A stretch of 64,000 nt of DNA from the NCBI GenBank assembly GCA_965215015.1, contig OZ244042.1, positions 608,001 to 672,000 of the forward strand, given 5' to 3'. Positions 49,188 to 58,619 of this stretch are shown here, piece after piece. Both the position numbers and the translations under genes were made by a program. The first letter of the stretch is position 1. Each line of letters starts with the position of its first letter. The notes under the pieces were generated by a model. The model was not told the DNA's origin. It saw nothing but the letters and a program-made list of their open reading frames with translations, and did no database searches. This stretch comes from Candidatus Poribacteria bacterium. Lineage in GTDB: Bacteria > Poribacteria > WGA-4E > PCPOR2b.

Positions 49188-51077
49188 CTAATATTTCAGG
49201 ACGGTCCCCCATTCACCAACAACCCAGAGAACGCCATCTGGAGATTGGGTGATATCGGTTAAGCCGTTTGAGGTCGGGCTTTGCTGAACCAGCCATGTTA
49301 CACCACCATCTTTGGTGTTGAGGAGCATTCCATTGTCTCCGACAGCCCAACCCTCGTTATCCGTGATGAAGTAGACACCATTCAACGTTTCACCCGTCGG
49401 TGTAATTTGTCGAGTCCATGTCTCACCGCCATCTTTCGTCGCATAAATGGAACCGTCATCCCCAGCGATCCACGCGATCTGAGGGTTGAGGGTGAAAACT
49501 GCCCGTAACTCGTTGGGCTCCGCCTGCTGAACAGTCCACGTCTCTCCGCTGTCATTGGTTTTGATAATCGTCCCTGATGCACCGACAGCCCAACCCACGT
49601 TTGCATCGACAAAATAGACGCCATACAGGTTGTTGTAACTGACGGCCAAATCCCCGAGATCTTGGCTTTGCCATGTACGTCCCCCATCTTTCGTGTGCAA
49701 AATCTTGCCGAGTTCGCCAACACCCCATCCGTGTTGCGAAGTTGAAAAGTGGAGATCATAAAAACCGACAGCGCGTTTCCATCGAATAGCCTCGTCAAAC
49801 TGGAGGCGTTGGATTTGACCCGTCTCCGCCTCCATACTGATGCCCCCCCACGTTCCGCCGCCGTCCCCTGTCTCGATTAGGGTCGCGTTACTCCCAACGA
49901 TGTAGCCTTGCATCGCGTCAACAAAACCGATACCGAACAGCTCAAAAACATTCCCGGTGTACTGTTGTTGCCATGTTGCCCCGCCATCGCGGGTGGCAAG
50001 TGCCATTCCGGATAGCCCCACCGCCCATCCTGTTTTGTCATCAAGGAAGTGGACTGTCGTCAAGTGGCTGTTGATTGAGACCACTTCCCACGACACACCG
50101 CCATCTCGACTGTGTAGGAGGGTAGCAAATTCGCCCACAGCCCACGCCTCTTGAGGGTTAATCAGTTGGATAGCGTTTAGGCGGCTGGGGACGGGTCTCG
50201 GTTCCAGCGGCGTCCAATTTTCGCCGCCATCGGTTGTTCTCAGGATCACACCGAATTCTGCAGCTGCAAGTCCGTGATTGGCGTCGATAAAATGAATACC
50301 CCAGATAGGTTCGGGCATACCGTTGGAATTGGGGACATTGCTTTTCTGGGTCTCCCACGTTGCGCCGCCGTCAGTGGTATGAATTAGCGCGCCGTTACCG
50401 CCAGCTGCCCACCCCTCTCGGTGATTAAGCATACAGATCGAACTAATGCCGGCTGCGGAGTTGATTTTTTGGCTCTTCCAAGTCTGTCCACCGTCCATGG
50501 TATGGACAACCGTTCCGCCATGCCCTGCGGCCCAACCGACCTTTTGACTGGCAAAGTGAAAATCTTGGATCGCATTATTTGTCGGGGTATTCTGTCTAAC
50601 CCACGTTGCGCCGCCATCTGTTGTATGAATGATGAGTCCGCCATCGCCGCCAGCCCAGCCGTGTTTAGCATCCACAAAGAAAATGGCTGACAATACTCGA
50701 CGTGTGCCGGTGTCCAGTACCCTCCATGTTTCTCCATTATCGGTTGTCCTCAACACAGCACCTTCCTCGCCGACAATCCAGCCGGTTTGAGGATTGAGGA
50801 ACCACACTTTGTGGAAATCTATCTTGAAGGGAAGAGGTTTGCTAGGTTGTTCCCAAGTTTTCCCGCCGTCGCTGGTCCGCAGAATTGTTGCATCTGACCC
50901 GATGATCCACCCATCCTGTTGAGAGACAAAGTGGATATCGGAAAACCGCGCCTGCCATTGCGACTCACGCACAAGTATCCAAGTTTTGTCTGTTGTAGAG
51001 GCGTCAATTGCTAGGAGGGATAACAGCATTGCGAGCCCTAAAGTGCGTCTGGTATGCAACAGTATATTCCTTATCAT
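49188..51077 (-). CDS. Secreted YCF48-related (BNR/Asp-box) beta-propeller protein
   Basis: About 13 repeats of F.d...GW.vG..G.il.T.DGG.TW; signal peptide from MIRNIL. Confidence 0.9.
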   Translation of the reverse strand: MIRNILLHTRRTLGLAMLLSLLAIDASTTDKTWILVRESQWQARFSDIHFVSQQDGWIIGSDATILRTSDGGKTWEQPSKPLPFKIDFHKVWFLNPQTGWIVGEEGAVLRTTDNGETWRVLDTGTRRVLSAIFFVDAKHGWAGGDGGLIIHTTDGGATWVRQNTPTNNAIQDFHFASQKVGWAAGHGGTVVHTMDGGQTWKSQKINSAAGISSICMLNHREGWAAGGNGALIHTTDGGATWETQKSNVPNSNGMPEPIWGIHFIDANHGLAAAEFGVILRTTDGGENWTPLEPRPVPSRLNAIQLINPQEAWAVGEFATLLHSRDGGVSWEVVSINSHLTTVHFLDDKTGWAVGLSGMALATRDGGATWQQQYTGNVFELFGIGFVDAMQGYIVGSNATLIETGDGGGTWGGISMEAETGQIQRLQFDEAIRWKRAVGFYDLHFSTSQHGWGVGELGKILHTKDGGRTWQSQDLGDLAVSYNNLYGVYFVDANVGWAVGASGTIIKTNDSGETWTVQQAEPNELRAVFTLNPQIAWIAGDDGSIYATKDGGETWTRQITPTGETLNGVYFITDNEGWAVGDNGMLLNTKDGGVTWLVQQSPTSNGLTDITQSPDGVLWVVGEWGTVLKY

Positions 51078-51160
51078 TGTTTGTTTCTCCTGCTTTGAGA
51101 GGTAAGGCCATTCATATGATAACATAAATTGCTATTTGTTGCATCACTGGAGTTTTAGTA

Positions 51161-51198
51161 TATGTTGGGTTTCACGATGCCCGTTCACCCCAATCTAT
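51161..51198. repeat. Degenerate copy of the 2912-2949 hairpin
   Basis: TATGTTGGGTTTCACGATGCCCGTTCACCCCAATCTA versus TAGGTTGGGTTTCACGGTACCCGTTCAACCCAACCTA. Confidence 0.75.
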
Positions 51199-51224
51199 GT
51201 GCTATACTGTCAGAAATTTTGATT

Positions 51225-51428
51225 GGCTCATGTTAAGAAATCGTGTAACAGAACCCGTTTTTTTAGGTAAGTGCGGGTGGGTCAACCCCGGACCTACAAT
51301 TTATCTTTGGGTTTTGCATTTTTTTTATTAGCCCCGTAGGTCGGGCTTCCTAGCTCGACTGCATCAATGCACTCATGGTTTTCACGTTTCACGCGCTTTG
51401 CGTTTTGCACTTTCTTTTGACACGAGCC
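51225..51428. mobile_element. 204-bp MITE with TIRs and 9-bp target-site duplication
   Basis: Ends GGCTCATGTTAAGA / TTTTGACACGAGCC; ATTTTGATT at 51216-51224 and 51429-51437; internal GTAG-type units. Confidence 0.85.
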
Positions 51429-51553
51429 ATTTTGATTAAAACAGAGGTTATGGTATACGGAGCCCCGGTAAAATTGGGATTCAAAGTAATAGACAGACTA
51501 CTAGGCAACTTGGATTATAATAGTATACTATCATAAACGGATCAAATCCCTCG

Positions 51554-51582
51554 TTGACCCATTAAATAAAACGTGATATAAT
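51554..51582 (+). promoter_or_regulatory. Sigma70 promoter of trpC
   Basis: TTGACC-N17-TATAAT with a TG extension. Confidence 0.75.
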
Positions 51583-51628
51583 CCAATTTGTGAATAGTTC
51601 AACTCCATCTGAAAGATAGGAGAACCCT

Positions 51629-52414
51629 TTGATCTTAGATACTATTGTCGCCCACAAGCGGATAGAGTTGGAAAACGACAAACAACGGCTGCCACTAGAT
51701 ACGCTGCTACGCAAGATTCGGGATTTGCCTCCGACGCGAGATTTTTGCGCTGCGCTGTCAGGCCCGAATTGCGTCCACCTCATCGCTGAGGTCAAGAAAA
51801 AATCCCCAAGTAAAGGAATTATCCGCGACGATTTCGATCCGGTTGGAATTGCCCGAACCTATGCGAAAAACGGTGCATCGGCAATCTCTGTATTGACGGA
51901 TCGTAAATTTTTTGCCGGTGAACTCGCCCATCTGAGTGCTATCCGTGAAGCGGTGACGCTCCCCTTATTGCGGAAAGACTTCACCATTGACTCGTATCAT
52001 ATCTATCAAGCCCGACTCGTAGGTGCAGACGCTATCCTGCTCATCGTCTCAATCTTGACATTGGCGCAGCTGCGTGAATTTACCGAGATAGCGCGAAGCT
52101 TGGGGCTCGCTAGTCTTGTCGAAGTCCATACCGAAACAGAATTGGAATCGGCGTTGACAGTAGGCGCGGAAATTATTGGTATCAATAACCGAAACCTGAA
52201 GACTTTCCACACGGACATCGCAACTACGTTCCGTTTGAGAGCGTTTATTCCAACCGATAAAGTTGTCGTCAGCGAAAGTGGTATCCATACACACAGGGAC
52301 GTAATGAAACTCAAGGAAGCGAGGATCAACGCGATTCTGGTGGGAGAGTCGCTGATGCGGAGTCCAAATATCGGGGATAAGGTGAGAGAGCTGCTCGGAA
52401 ATGGATCGGGTTAA
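51629..52414 (+). CDS. trpC: Indole-3-glycerol phosphate synthase
   Basis: IAEVKKKSPSKG, SVLTD, LRKDF, GADAILLI, GINNRNL, VSESGI and LVGESLM. Confidence 0.97.
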   Translation: MILDTIVAHKRIELENDKQRLPLDTLLRKIRDLPPTRDFCAALSGPNCVHLIAEVKKKSPSKGIIRDDFDPVGIARTYAKNGASAISVLTDRKFFAGELAHLSAIREAVTLPLLRKDFTIDSYHIYQARLVGADAILLIVSILTLAQLREFTEIARSLGLASLVEVHTETELESALTVGAEIIGINNRNLKTFHTDIATTFRLRAFIPTDKVVVSESGIHTHRDVMKLKEARINAILVGESLMRSPNIGDKVRELLGNGSG

Positions 52415-52438
52415 ATTTGTTAATTTGAAAGCCTATCA

Positions 52439-54331
52439 ATGTGCCGAATTGTTGTCCTGTTTTTTATTTTGTCTGCCTCTTCCGCTTTTTCAACGATCGA
52501 GTTTGAATCTGTTGAGCTTGGGTTCAATCGGATTTACAAACGGGAGCGATGGGCACCGCTACAGGTCATTGTTACCAGTCGTAATGAGGCTTTCAACGGC
52601 GAAATTAACGTTGAGGTTCGCAATATCTTTTCGGGCAAGCTAATCCAAACATATGTCACTCCCCTCTCCCTCACACGAGCAGATCGTCAGCGGCGTGTGA
52701 TTCATGTTTTCCTGCCGGGAATCTCGCCGCAGCTAACCGTTAAACTCGTTGATCAGACTGGACAAGTCCGAAGCTCTGAAGAGCTCACGCCGGAAATTCT
52801 TAAACCGTTGAGTGACCTCGTAATCCTTGCGCTGACACCAAGCCGTGATTTGTTGAGCCGATGGGAGGGAAAACAAATTGACGATAAAAAGAAAGAACAC
52901 GCCTTTATCGCCTATACGGACTTTAAGAGGTTACCCACTCATTGGAAAGGGTACGATTCGATTGATTTTTTTGTGGTGCGCGGGGTTTCCTTAGTCGAGC
53001 GTCGGATTTCTAAGCGACAGCAGCAAGCGTTACTCGATTGGATTCAACGAGGGGGCACCTTACTCGTGTCGGGTGGTGCGGATCTGCACTGGCTGCGTGG
53101 GAGTTTTTTGGAGGCGTTTTTGCCGGTGGAGTTGGGTGGTTTACGCAGGGAAATCCAAATCCCCGAATCGATGCAGCACTTCGAGTTTGAAACGGATTCG
53201 CCTTTCGACCTGATTGAATTTAAGCCTAAGCCCGGAATGGTTACGCTCTCTGGCAACGGAGATCAAATCTATATCGCTAAAAGATTCCTGGGGGGCGGGC
53301 AGATCATCAGTCTGGGGTTCAACTACAACGCACCCCCGTTTTCTGATTCACCGGGAGCGGAGGCATTTTGGCAGTGGATGCTTGGTGCCGAGAACCGAAC
53401 ACCGCGCCACGCAGAAGCACGATACGAAGCCAATCGCAGGCACGACGAAAAGATTCAAACAATCTTATCAGCCGTTCCTTCGGCAAAAGCCCCGCTGATT
53501 CGGTTATTGCTCGTTTTCTTGGTTGTGTATGTGTTGGGTTTCGGTGCCCTGATAGGGTGGGGAGGAAAAGGTAAACCCCGTTTATACTGGATCGGAAGTA
53601 TCGTGCTGACGGTACTTTTATCATGCGGTGTCGTGCTGCCACGACACTTTTTACCGAGTCCGGTATCCGTGAATCGTTTTTCGATTTTATCCGTTTATCC
53701 TTCAACGAACCGCGCCCACTTACAAACCTATATCGGGATCATCGCTTCAGCTAGCGTTGAAACGTCAATCCAGTTCCAAGAAGGGACGTTCATCAGGCCT
53801 TTGACAGCAACGGCCACGCCTCCATTGCAACTGATCGAGCCTGAAGGAGCGACAAATTCTTCGATCCTGCGTCAAGCGGCTTTAGATCCGTGGGTTACAC
53901 GCACCTATTTTGCAGAGGCCTTTATCGATTTTCCGGTGCCTTCAATGCGGAAGGTGAGACTAGCAACAGATCAGATCGAACATCAACTCCCTTATACGCT
54001 GGAAAACGCATGGCTGATTGGTCAAGGGAGATACGCCTACATTGGTGAGATTCCGCCGGCGACGACTATTGAAATAGAGGAAAACCTCAAAAGATATAAC
54101 AGGTCTCCACTCTCTCAAATGTTAGGCGGTGCACGAAGGGCGTTTGTGGGGATATTGATTGGTGAGGTCGTCCTGCGCTATCTAGCACAAGAGGCGGCAC
54201 CAAAACTTGTTGGCTGGACGCAAACTCCTCCATTGTCGATGTCGATGGAGGACTTCCGTTCCGAGAGTTTTCAACCTGTGAACGCTGTCGATGAAACGCT
54301 TGTGGTTTTATATTTGCCGACGCACCGCTAA
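52439..54331 (+). CDS. Hypothetical exported/membrane protein with class I GATase-like central domain
   Basis: Signal peptide; QQQALLDWIQRGGTLLVSGG; two TM helices near aa 355-400. Confidence 0.7.
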   Translation: MCRIVVLFFILSASSAFSTIEFESVELGFNRIYKRERWAPLQVIVTSRNEAFNGEINVEVRNIFSGKLIQTYVTPLSLTRADRQRRVIHVFLPGISPQLTVKLVDQTGQVRSSEELTPEILKPLSDLVILALTPSRDLLSRWEGKQIDDKKKEHAFIAYTDFKRLPTHWKGYDSIDFFVVRGVSLVERRISKRQQQALLDWIQRGGTLLVSGGADLHWLRGSFLEAFLPVELGGLRREIQIPESMQHFEFETDSPFDLIEFKPKPGMVTLSGNGDQIYIAKRFLGGGQIISLGFNYNAPPFSDSPGAEAFWQWMLGAENRTPRHAEARYEANRRHDEKIQTILSAVPSAKAPLIRLLLVFLVVYVLGFGALIGWGGKGKPRLYWIGSIVLTVLLSCGVVLPRHFLPSPVSVNRFSILSVYPSTNRAHLQTYIGIIASASVETSIQFQEGTFIRPLTATATPPLQLIEPEGATNSSILRQAALDPWVTRTYFAEAFIDFPVPSMRKVRLATDQIEHQLPYTLENAWLIGQGRYAYIGEIPPATTIEIEENLKRYNRSPLSQMLGGARRAFVGILIGEVVLRYLAQEAAPKLVGWTQTPPLSMSMEDFRSESFQPVNAVDETLVVLYLPTHR

Positions 54332-54360
54332 ATCCTTCTTTTTTAGGAGCTGAGAACATT

Positions 54361-57300
54361 ATGGCATCAGAGATACCCTTACAAAAAATTGATGAATACC
54401 GGTGGCGTATCCCCAAAAGCTATATGGGTGGGATGCGCGTTGATGGAATTATTTACGCGAATGAAAGATTACTTGAACAAGCCAAGAGTGAGGAAGCGTT
54501 GCAGCAGGTTGCCAATGTGGCACATCTGCCGGGGATTATCAAGCATTCGCTTGCGATGCCCGACCTGCATTGGGGCTATGGTTTCGTGATTGGCGGCGTT
54601 GCGGCGACGGATCCGGAGGCCGATGGTGTTGTGTCCCCCGGCGGGATAGGGTATGATTTAAACTGCTTGACAGGGGACACTGAGATACTTCATCAACACG
54701 GCTACACGATACCAATCGGAGAGATGGGTTCAAATTGGGAAACTACTATGTTGCGCTGTCAGGATTTTCAAAATAGCTTTGAAACCCAAACCTCTTTGCG
54801 GCATTATCTGAAGCTTCGTCCAACCCAGCCAGTATATTGCCTGAAAACCGAGGGCGGTAATACTATCAAGGCGACCGCCGATCACCCCTTCTGGACACCA
54901 AAGGGGATGACTGAACTGCAATCGCTCAAGATTGGCGATAAGGTTGCGTTATCACCATATCAAGGGGTGCCTTATGAAGAACCGTCAGATGAGATTATCG
55001 TTGACCAAGCGCAGATTGAAGGCTTACTCTGGCGACTTGGCGATAGCCACGCTGGCAATCAACGGGGCCAGGTTATCAAGCATCTCAAGCAGCGCGATCT
55101 GTTACCCCTGAAATACGACTCACCCACTTTGCCATACCTGTTAAAAATCTTGGGGTACGTGATGGGAGATGGCGATATCTATTATGTCAACGGCGATGGA
55201 AAAGGTCGAATTTCCTTCTACGGCAAAGCAGAAGATCTTGAGGAGATCAGAGCAGATATTTCGCGACTTGGGTTTACGCCATCAAAATTGCACCGCCGCG
55301 AGCGAGTCAATCAGATCAAAATAACTTACAATACATATCAATTTTCTAGTGAAGAGATTAGCTTCAGCGTGAGTAGCACTGCATTCGCAACGTTACTTGT
55401 TGCGCTTGGGGCACCTCACGGGGTGAAAGCCTCTCAGGACTACCGTGTGCCACAGTGGATTAAGGGCGCACCGTTGTGGCAGAAACGTCTGTTTCTCGCT
55501 ACGCTATTCGGGGCTGAGTTGGAATCGCCAAGCACAATGATGGGAGCCCCGTACACTATCCCCGCTCCTAAGATGTCGATGATCAAAAGGGAAGGTTATG
55601 TCGATAGTGGTATCTCCTTCCTGCGAGACATCGTCGATCTTTTAGCGGATTTCGGTGTACAGATTAAGAAAATCGGGCATCGAAAAGAACTGGCAAATGC
55701 TGATGGATTCACTTCTCATCAATTGCGATTGGTCATCTCAGGAACGAACAAGAATCTGATTAAGTTGTGGGGACAGATCGGATTTGAATACAATATACAA
55801 CGTAAGACGTTCGCAAATGTTGCGCTTCAGTATCTCAAGCTCAAACAACGATTGATTGAGGATCGAGAAAATGCTGCAGGGATTGCCGTTGCAATGCACG
55901 CAGATGAGATGTCAATCTCTGAAATTACCAACAAGATTGGGTCTAAATATATTAACGAGCGTTTTATTGAAAGGTCGGTCCATGAAGAGCGACAGATGAA
56001 ACCACGAGTTAGCCAAGCTTTCCCAACTTTCGGGGAATACCTTGAAGAAGCAACTCCAGATTTGGGCAAAAGTGGTATGATCTGGGATCGTATTGAATCA
56101 ATTATTCCACCCCGATGCTGCGATTGGGATTCAGAGCAACTTGAGTTTGACGATTACGTTTACGATTTTACGGTTGAACATCCGGACCACAATTTCATTG
56201 CAAACGGTTTTGTGGTTTCTAACTGCGGTGTGCGTCTAATTCGGACCAATTTGGACGTTGAACAGTTAGCGGGCAGAACCAAGGGACTTGTAGCAAAGCT
56301 ATTTGAAAATGTCCCCTGTGGTATCGGATCGAGTGGAAAGATTCGACTGAATTCGCAAGAAGAGAAGCAGATGGTCGAGCAGGGAGCACGTTGGGCGGTC
56401 GAGCGTGAATACGGCTTTTTTGAAGACCTTCAATTTACGGAGGCAAACGGCTTTTTGTCCCTTGCCAATGCGGATGCGGTCAGCAAACGCGCCCTAGAAC
56501 GCGGAAAAAATCAACTCGGCACACTCGGCTCCGGAAATCATTTCTTAGAGGTCCAAGTGGTAGATCGAATTCTGTATCGGGAAGCCGCTGAGGTGATGGG
56601 GTTGACGGAGGGTCAGATTTGCGTGATGATTCATAGCGGTTCGCGCGGCTTCGGCTATCAGGTGTGCGATGAGCATGTCAAGACATGGGTCAAAGTTGCG
56701 AAGAAATATGGAATTGATCTGCCTGACCGCCAACTCGCTGCTGCCCCGATTAATTCAAAGGAAGGACAGGACTATATCACGGCGATGGCGTGCGGCGCAA
56801 ACTACGCATGGAATAATCGCCAGTGTATCATGCACTGGGTGCGTCAAACGTTCATGGATTTCTTTGAGACTGGGATTGACGAACTCGGCTTAGAGCTGGT
56901 CTATGATGTCGCGCATAACATCGGCAAGTTTGAGAAGCATCTCGTTGACGGGGTTGAGCATGAACTGTTTGTACATCGCAAAGGTGCGACGCGAGCGTTT
57001 CCGGCGGGGCATCCTGAGATTCCTGACAAGTATCAGAAGGTCGGGCAGCCCGTTTTGATTCCCGGCGATATGGGGACCGCCTCTTATGTCCTGGTTGGCA
57101 ACCCGTCAGCGATGGAGCAGACGTGGGGAACAACCTGCCACGGTGCAGGCAGAATGCTGTCGCGTCGGAAAGCGATGCAGGTCACGAAAGGACGCAGCAT
57201 TCAAAAAGACCTTGAGAAGCAAGGGATTTTCGTCCGCGCCGAAGGGCGACGCACACTCCACGAGGAGGTGCCTGAAGCCTACAAAGATGTAGATGAAGTT

Positions 57301-57375
57301 GTCAGGGTTGTTGATGCAGCGGGCCTCTCACGGCGGGTGGCGCGGTTACGCCCGATTGGTGTAGTAAAGGGGTAG
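54361..57375 (+). CDS. rtcB: RtcB RNA ligase (archaeal-like long form) containing an intein
   Basis: MPDLHWGYG, GYDLN|CGVR, GTLGSGNHFLE, HSGSRG, AHN, HRKGAT, PGDMG, HGAGR and AYKD; 484 aa after intein removal. Confidence 0.95.
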   Translation: MASEIPLQKIDEYRWRIPKSYMGGMRVDGIIYANERLLEQAKSEEALQQVANVAHLPGIIKHSLAMPDLHWGYGFVIGGVAATDPEADGVVSPGGIGYDLNCLTGDTEILHQHGYTIPIGEMGSNWETTMLRCQDFQNSFETQTSLRHYLKLRPTQPVYCLKTEGGNTIKATADHPFWTPKGMTELQSLKIGDKVALSPYQGVPYEEPSDEIIVDQAQIEGLLWRLGDSHAGNQRGQVIKHLKQRDLLPLKYDSPTLPYLLKILGYVMGDGDIYYVNGDGKGRISFYGKAEDLEEIRADISRLGFTPSKLHRRERVNQIKITYNTYQFSSEEISFSVSSTAFATLLVALGAPHGVKASQDYRVPQWIKGAPLWQKRLFLATLFGAELESPSTMMGAPYTIPAPKMSMIKREGYVDSGISFLRDIVDLLADFGVQIKKIGHRKELANADGFTSHQLRLVISGTNKNLIKLWGQIGFEYNIQRKTFANVALQYLKLKQRLIEDRENAAGIAVAMHADEMSISEITNKIGSKYINERFIERSVHEERQMKPRVSQAFPTFGEYLEEATPDLGKSGMIWDRIESIIPPRCCDWDSEQLEFDDYVYDFTVEHPDHNFIANGFVVSNCGVRLIRTNLDVEQLAGRTKGLVAKLFENVPCGIGSSGKIRLNSQEEKQMVEQGARWAVEREYGFFEDLQFTEANGFLSLANADAVSKRALERGKNQLGTLGSGNHFLEVQVVDRILYREAAEVMGLTEGQICVMIHSGSRGFGYQVCDEHVKTWVKVAKKYGIDLPDRQLAAAPINSKEGQDYITAMACGANYAWNNRQCIMHWVRQTFMDFFETGIDELGLELVYDVAHNIGKFEKHLVDGVEHELFVHRKGATRAFPAGHPEIPDKYQKVGQPVLIPGDMGTASYVLVGNPSAMEQTWGTTCHGAGRMLSRRKAMQVTKGRSIQKDLEKQGIFVRAEGRRTLHEEVPEAYKDVDEVVRVVDAAGLSRRVARLRPIGVVKG
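54664..56223 (+). mobile_element. 520-aa intein with LAGLIDADG-type homing endonuclease
   Basis: Block A CLTGDTEI, block B ATADHPFW, endonuclease blocks LGYVMGDG and LATLFGAE, blocks F/G VYDFTV..HNFIANGFVVSN followed by Cys+1. Confidence 0.95.
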
Positions 57376-57420
57376 GAGAGACACCTATACCGAGCGAATT
57401 TGAAAAAAGGAGCAAACTTC

Positions 57421-58566
57421 ATGAAGATTGCGAGAATTGAGCAGTTTTTTCCTCGCCACCGGATGCGGCTGGTAAGAATCACAACTGATAACGGTATCGT
57501 TGGCTGGGGGGAAACAACGCTTGAGGGTAAGCCGAAAAGTACGATCGCCGCCGTTGATGAGCTTGCCGATTACCTGATTGGCAAAGATCCGTTGCGCATC
57601 GAACACCACTGGCAACATATCTATCGGTCCGCCTTTTTCCGGGGCGGCAATGTGTTGATGAGTGCCTTATCAGGCATTGATCAGGCGTTGTGGGACATTG
57701 CCGGTAAACATTACAGCGTACCAACACATCAACTGCTGGGAGGCGCGGTTCGGGACCGCATCCGCGTTTACGCACACTGGGGCATCGGCAGCATGACGGA
57801 CGAGGGGCAAGCCGCTGCGAAAAATCGTCTCGAAATGCTACAGAAGCAAGGGGGCTACAAGGCGTTTAAGTCGGGCCCCGGCGGCACGTGGCGAGCGCAT
57901 GAACCGCCGGCTGTCATTGATGCCTTTGTTGAGTGCGCTTATCTGATGCGAGAGTGGGTTGGGCAAGATGCGGAGTTGTGCTTTGATTTTCACGGCAAGA
58001 TGACACCGGCACTCGCCATCGAAGTCTGTCATGAACTGAAGGGGATGCGCCCTATGTTCGTGGAGGAGCCGGTCCCGCAGGAGAATGTTGATGCCCTGAA
58101 GCTGGTCTCAGATCATGTTCCGTTTCCGATCGCGACCGGGGAGCGCCTGCTCTCGCGATGGGAATTCCGTCAAGTGTTCGAGAAGCAGGCGGTGGCATAT
58201 ATTCAACCGGACGGGTCACACGCGGGCGGTATCACGGAATTGAAGAAGATTGCGAATATGGCGGAAGTCTACTATATCCACACTATGCCGCATTGTGCGA
58301 TTGGGCCTGTGGCGTTTTCCGCCTGTATGCAGGTTGATGCGGTCGTTCCGAATTTCCTCATTCAAGAGCAGGTTGATGCGGCACTTGGTGGGGGGCTGCT
58401 GAAAACAGAATGGGAGGTCAAGGACGGGCATATAGAATTACCGACGCGCCCCGGACTTGGTTTCGAGATAGATGAAAAAGAGGCGATGCAAAATCTTGAG
58501 GGATACGGCGAAGAATTAGGCGGTGAGTTTTACTATGAGTCGGATGGCAGTGTGGCGGATTGGTAA
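57421..58566 (+). CDS. Galactonate dehydratase-like enolase-superfamily enzyme
   Basis: GWGE, IEHHWQ, SGIDQALWDI, DFHG, VEEP, ATGERL, QPD and PHC..GP. Confidence 0.9.
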   Translation: MKIARIEQFFPRHRMRLVRITTDNGIVGWGETTLEGKPKSTIAAVDELADYLIGKDPLRIEHHWQHIYRSAFFRGGNVLMSALSGIDQALWDIAGKHYSVPTHQLLGGAVRDRIRVYAHWGIGSMTDEGQAAAKNRLEMLQKQGGYKAFKSGPGGTWRAHEPPAVIDAFVECAYLMREWVGQDAELCFDFHGKMTPALAIEVCHELKGMRPMFVEEPVPQENVDALKLVSDHVPFPIATGERLLSRWEFRQVFEKQAVAYIQPDGSHAGGITELKKIANMAEVYYIHTMPHCAIGPVAFSACMQVDAVVPNFLIQEQVDAALGGGLLKTEWEVKDGHIELPTRPGLGFEIDEKEAMQNLEGYGEELGGEFYYESDGSVADW

Positions 58567-58619
58567 AACGGTTAGAAACTAGGCAAGAGTTGAGTGGGAA
58601 TCAATATAATCTGCGACAC

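Noticed and set aside
49171-49262. Genuine convergent overlap between the restriction nuclease and the YCF48-like gene
   Set aside because: The nuclease tail is read-through into antisense sequence after truncation.
49188-51077. Photosystem II assembly factor implying phototrophy
   Set aside because: YCF48-like propellers are common in non-phototrophs, and no photosynthesis genes are present.
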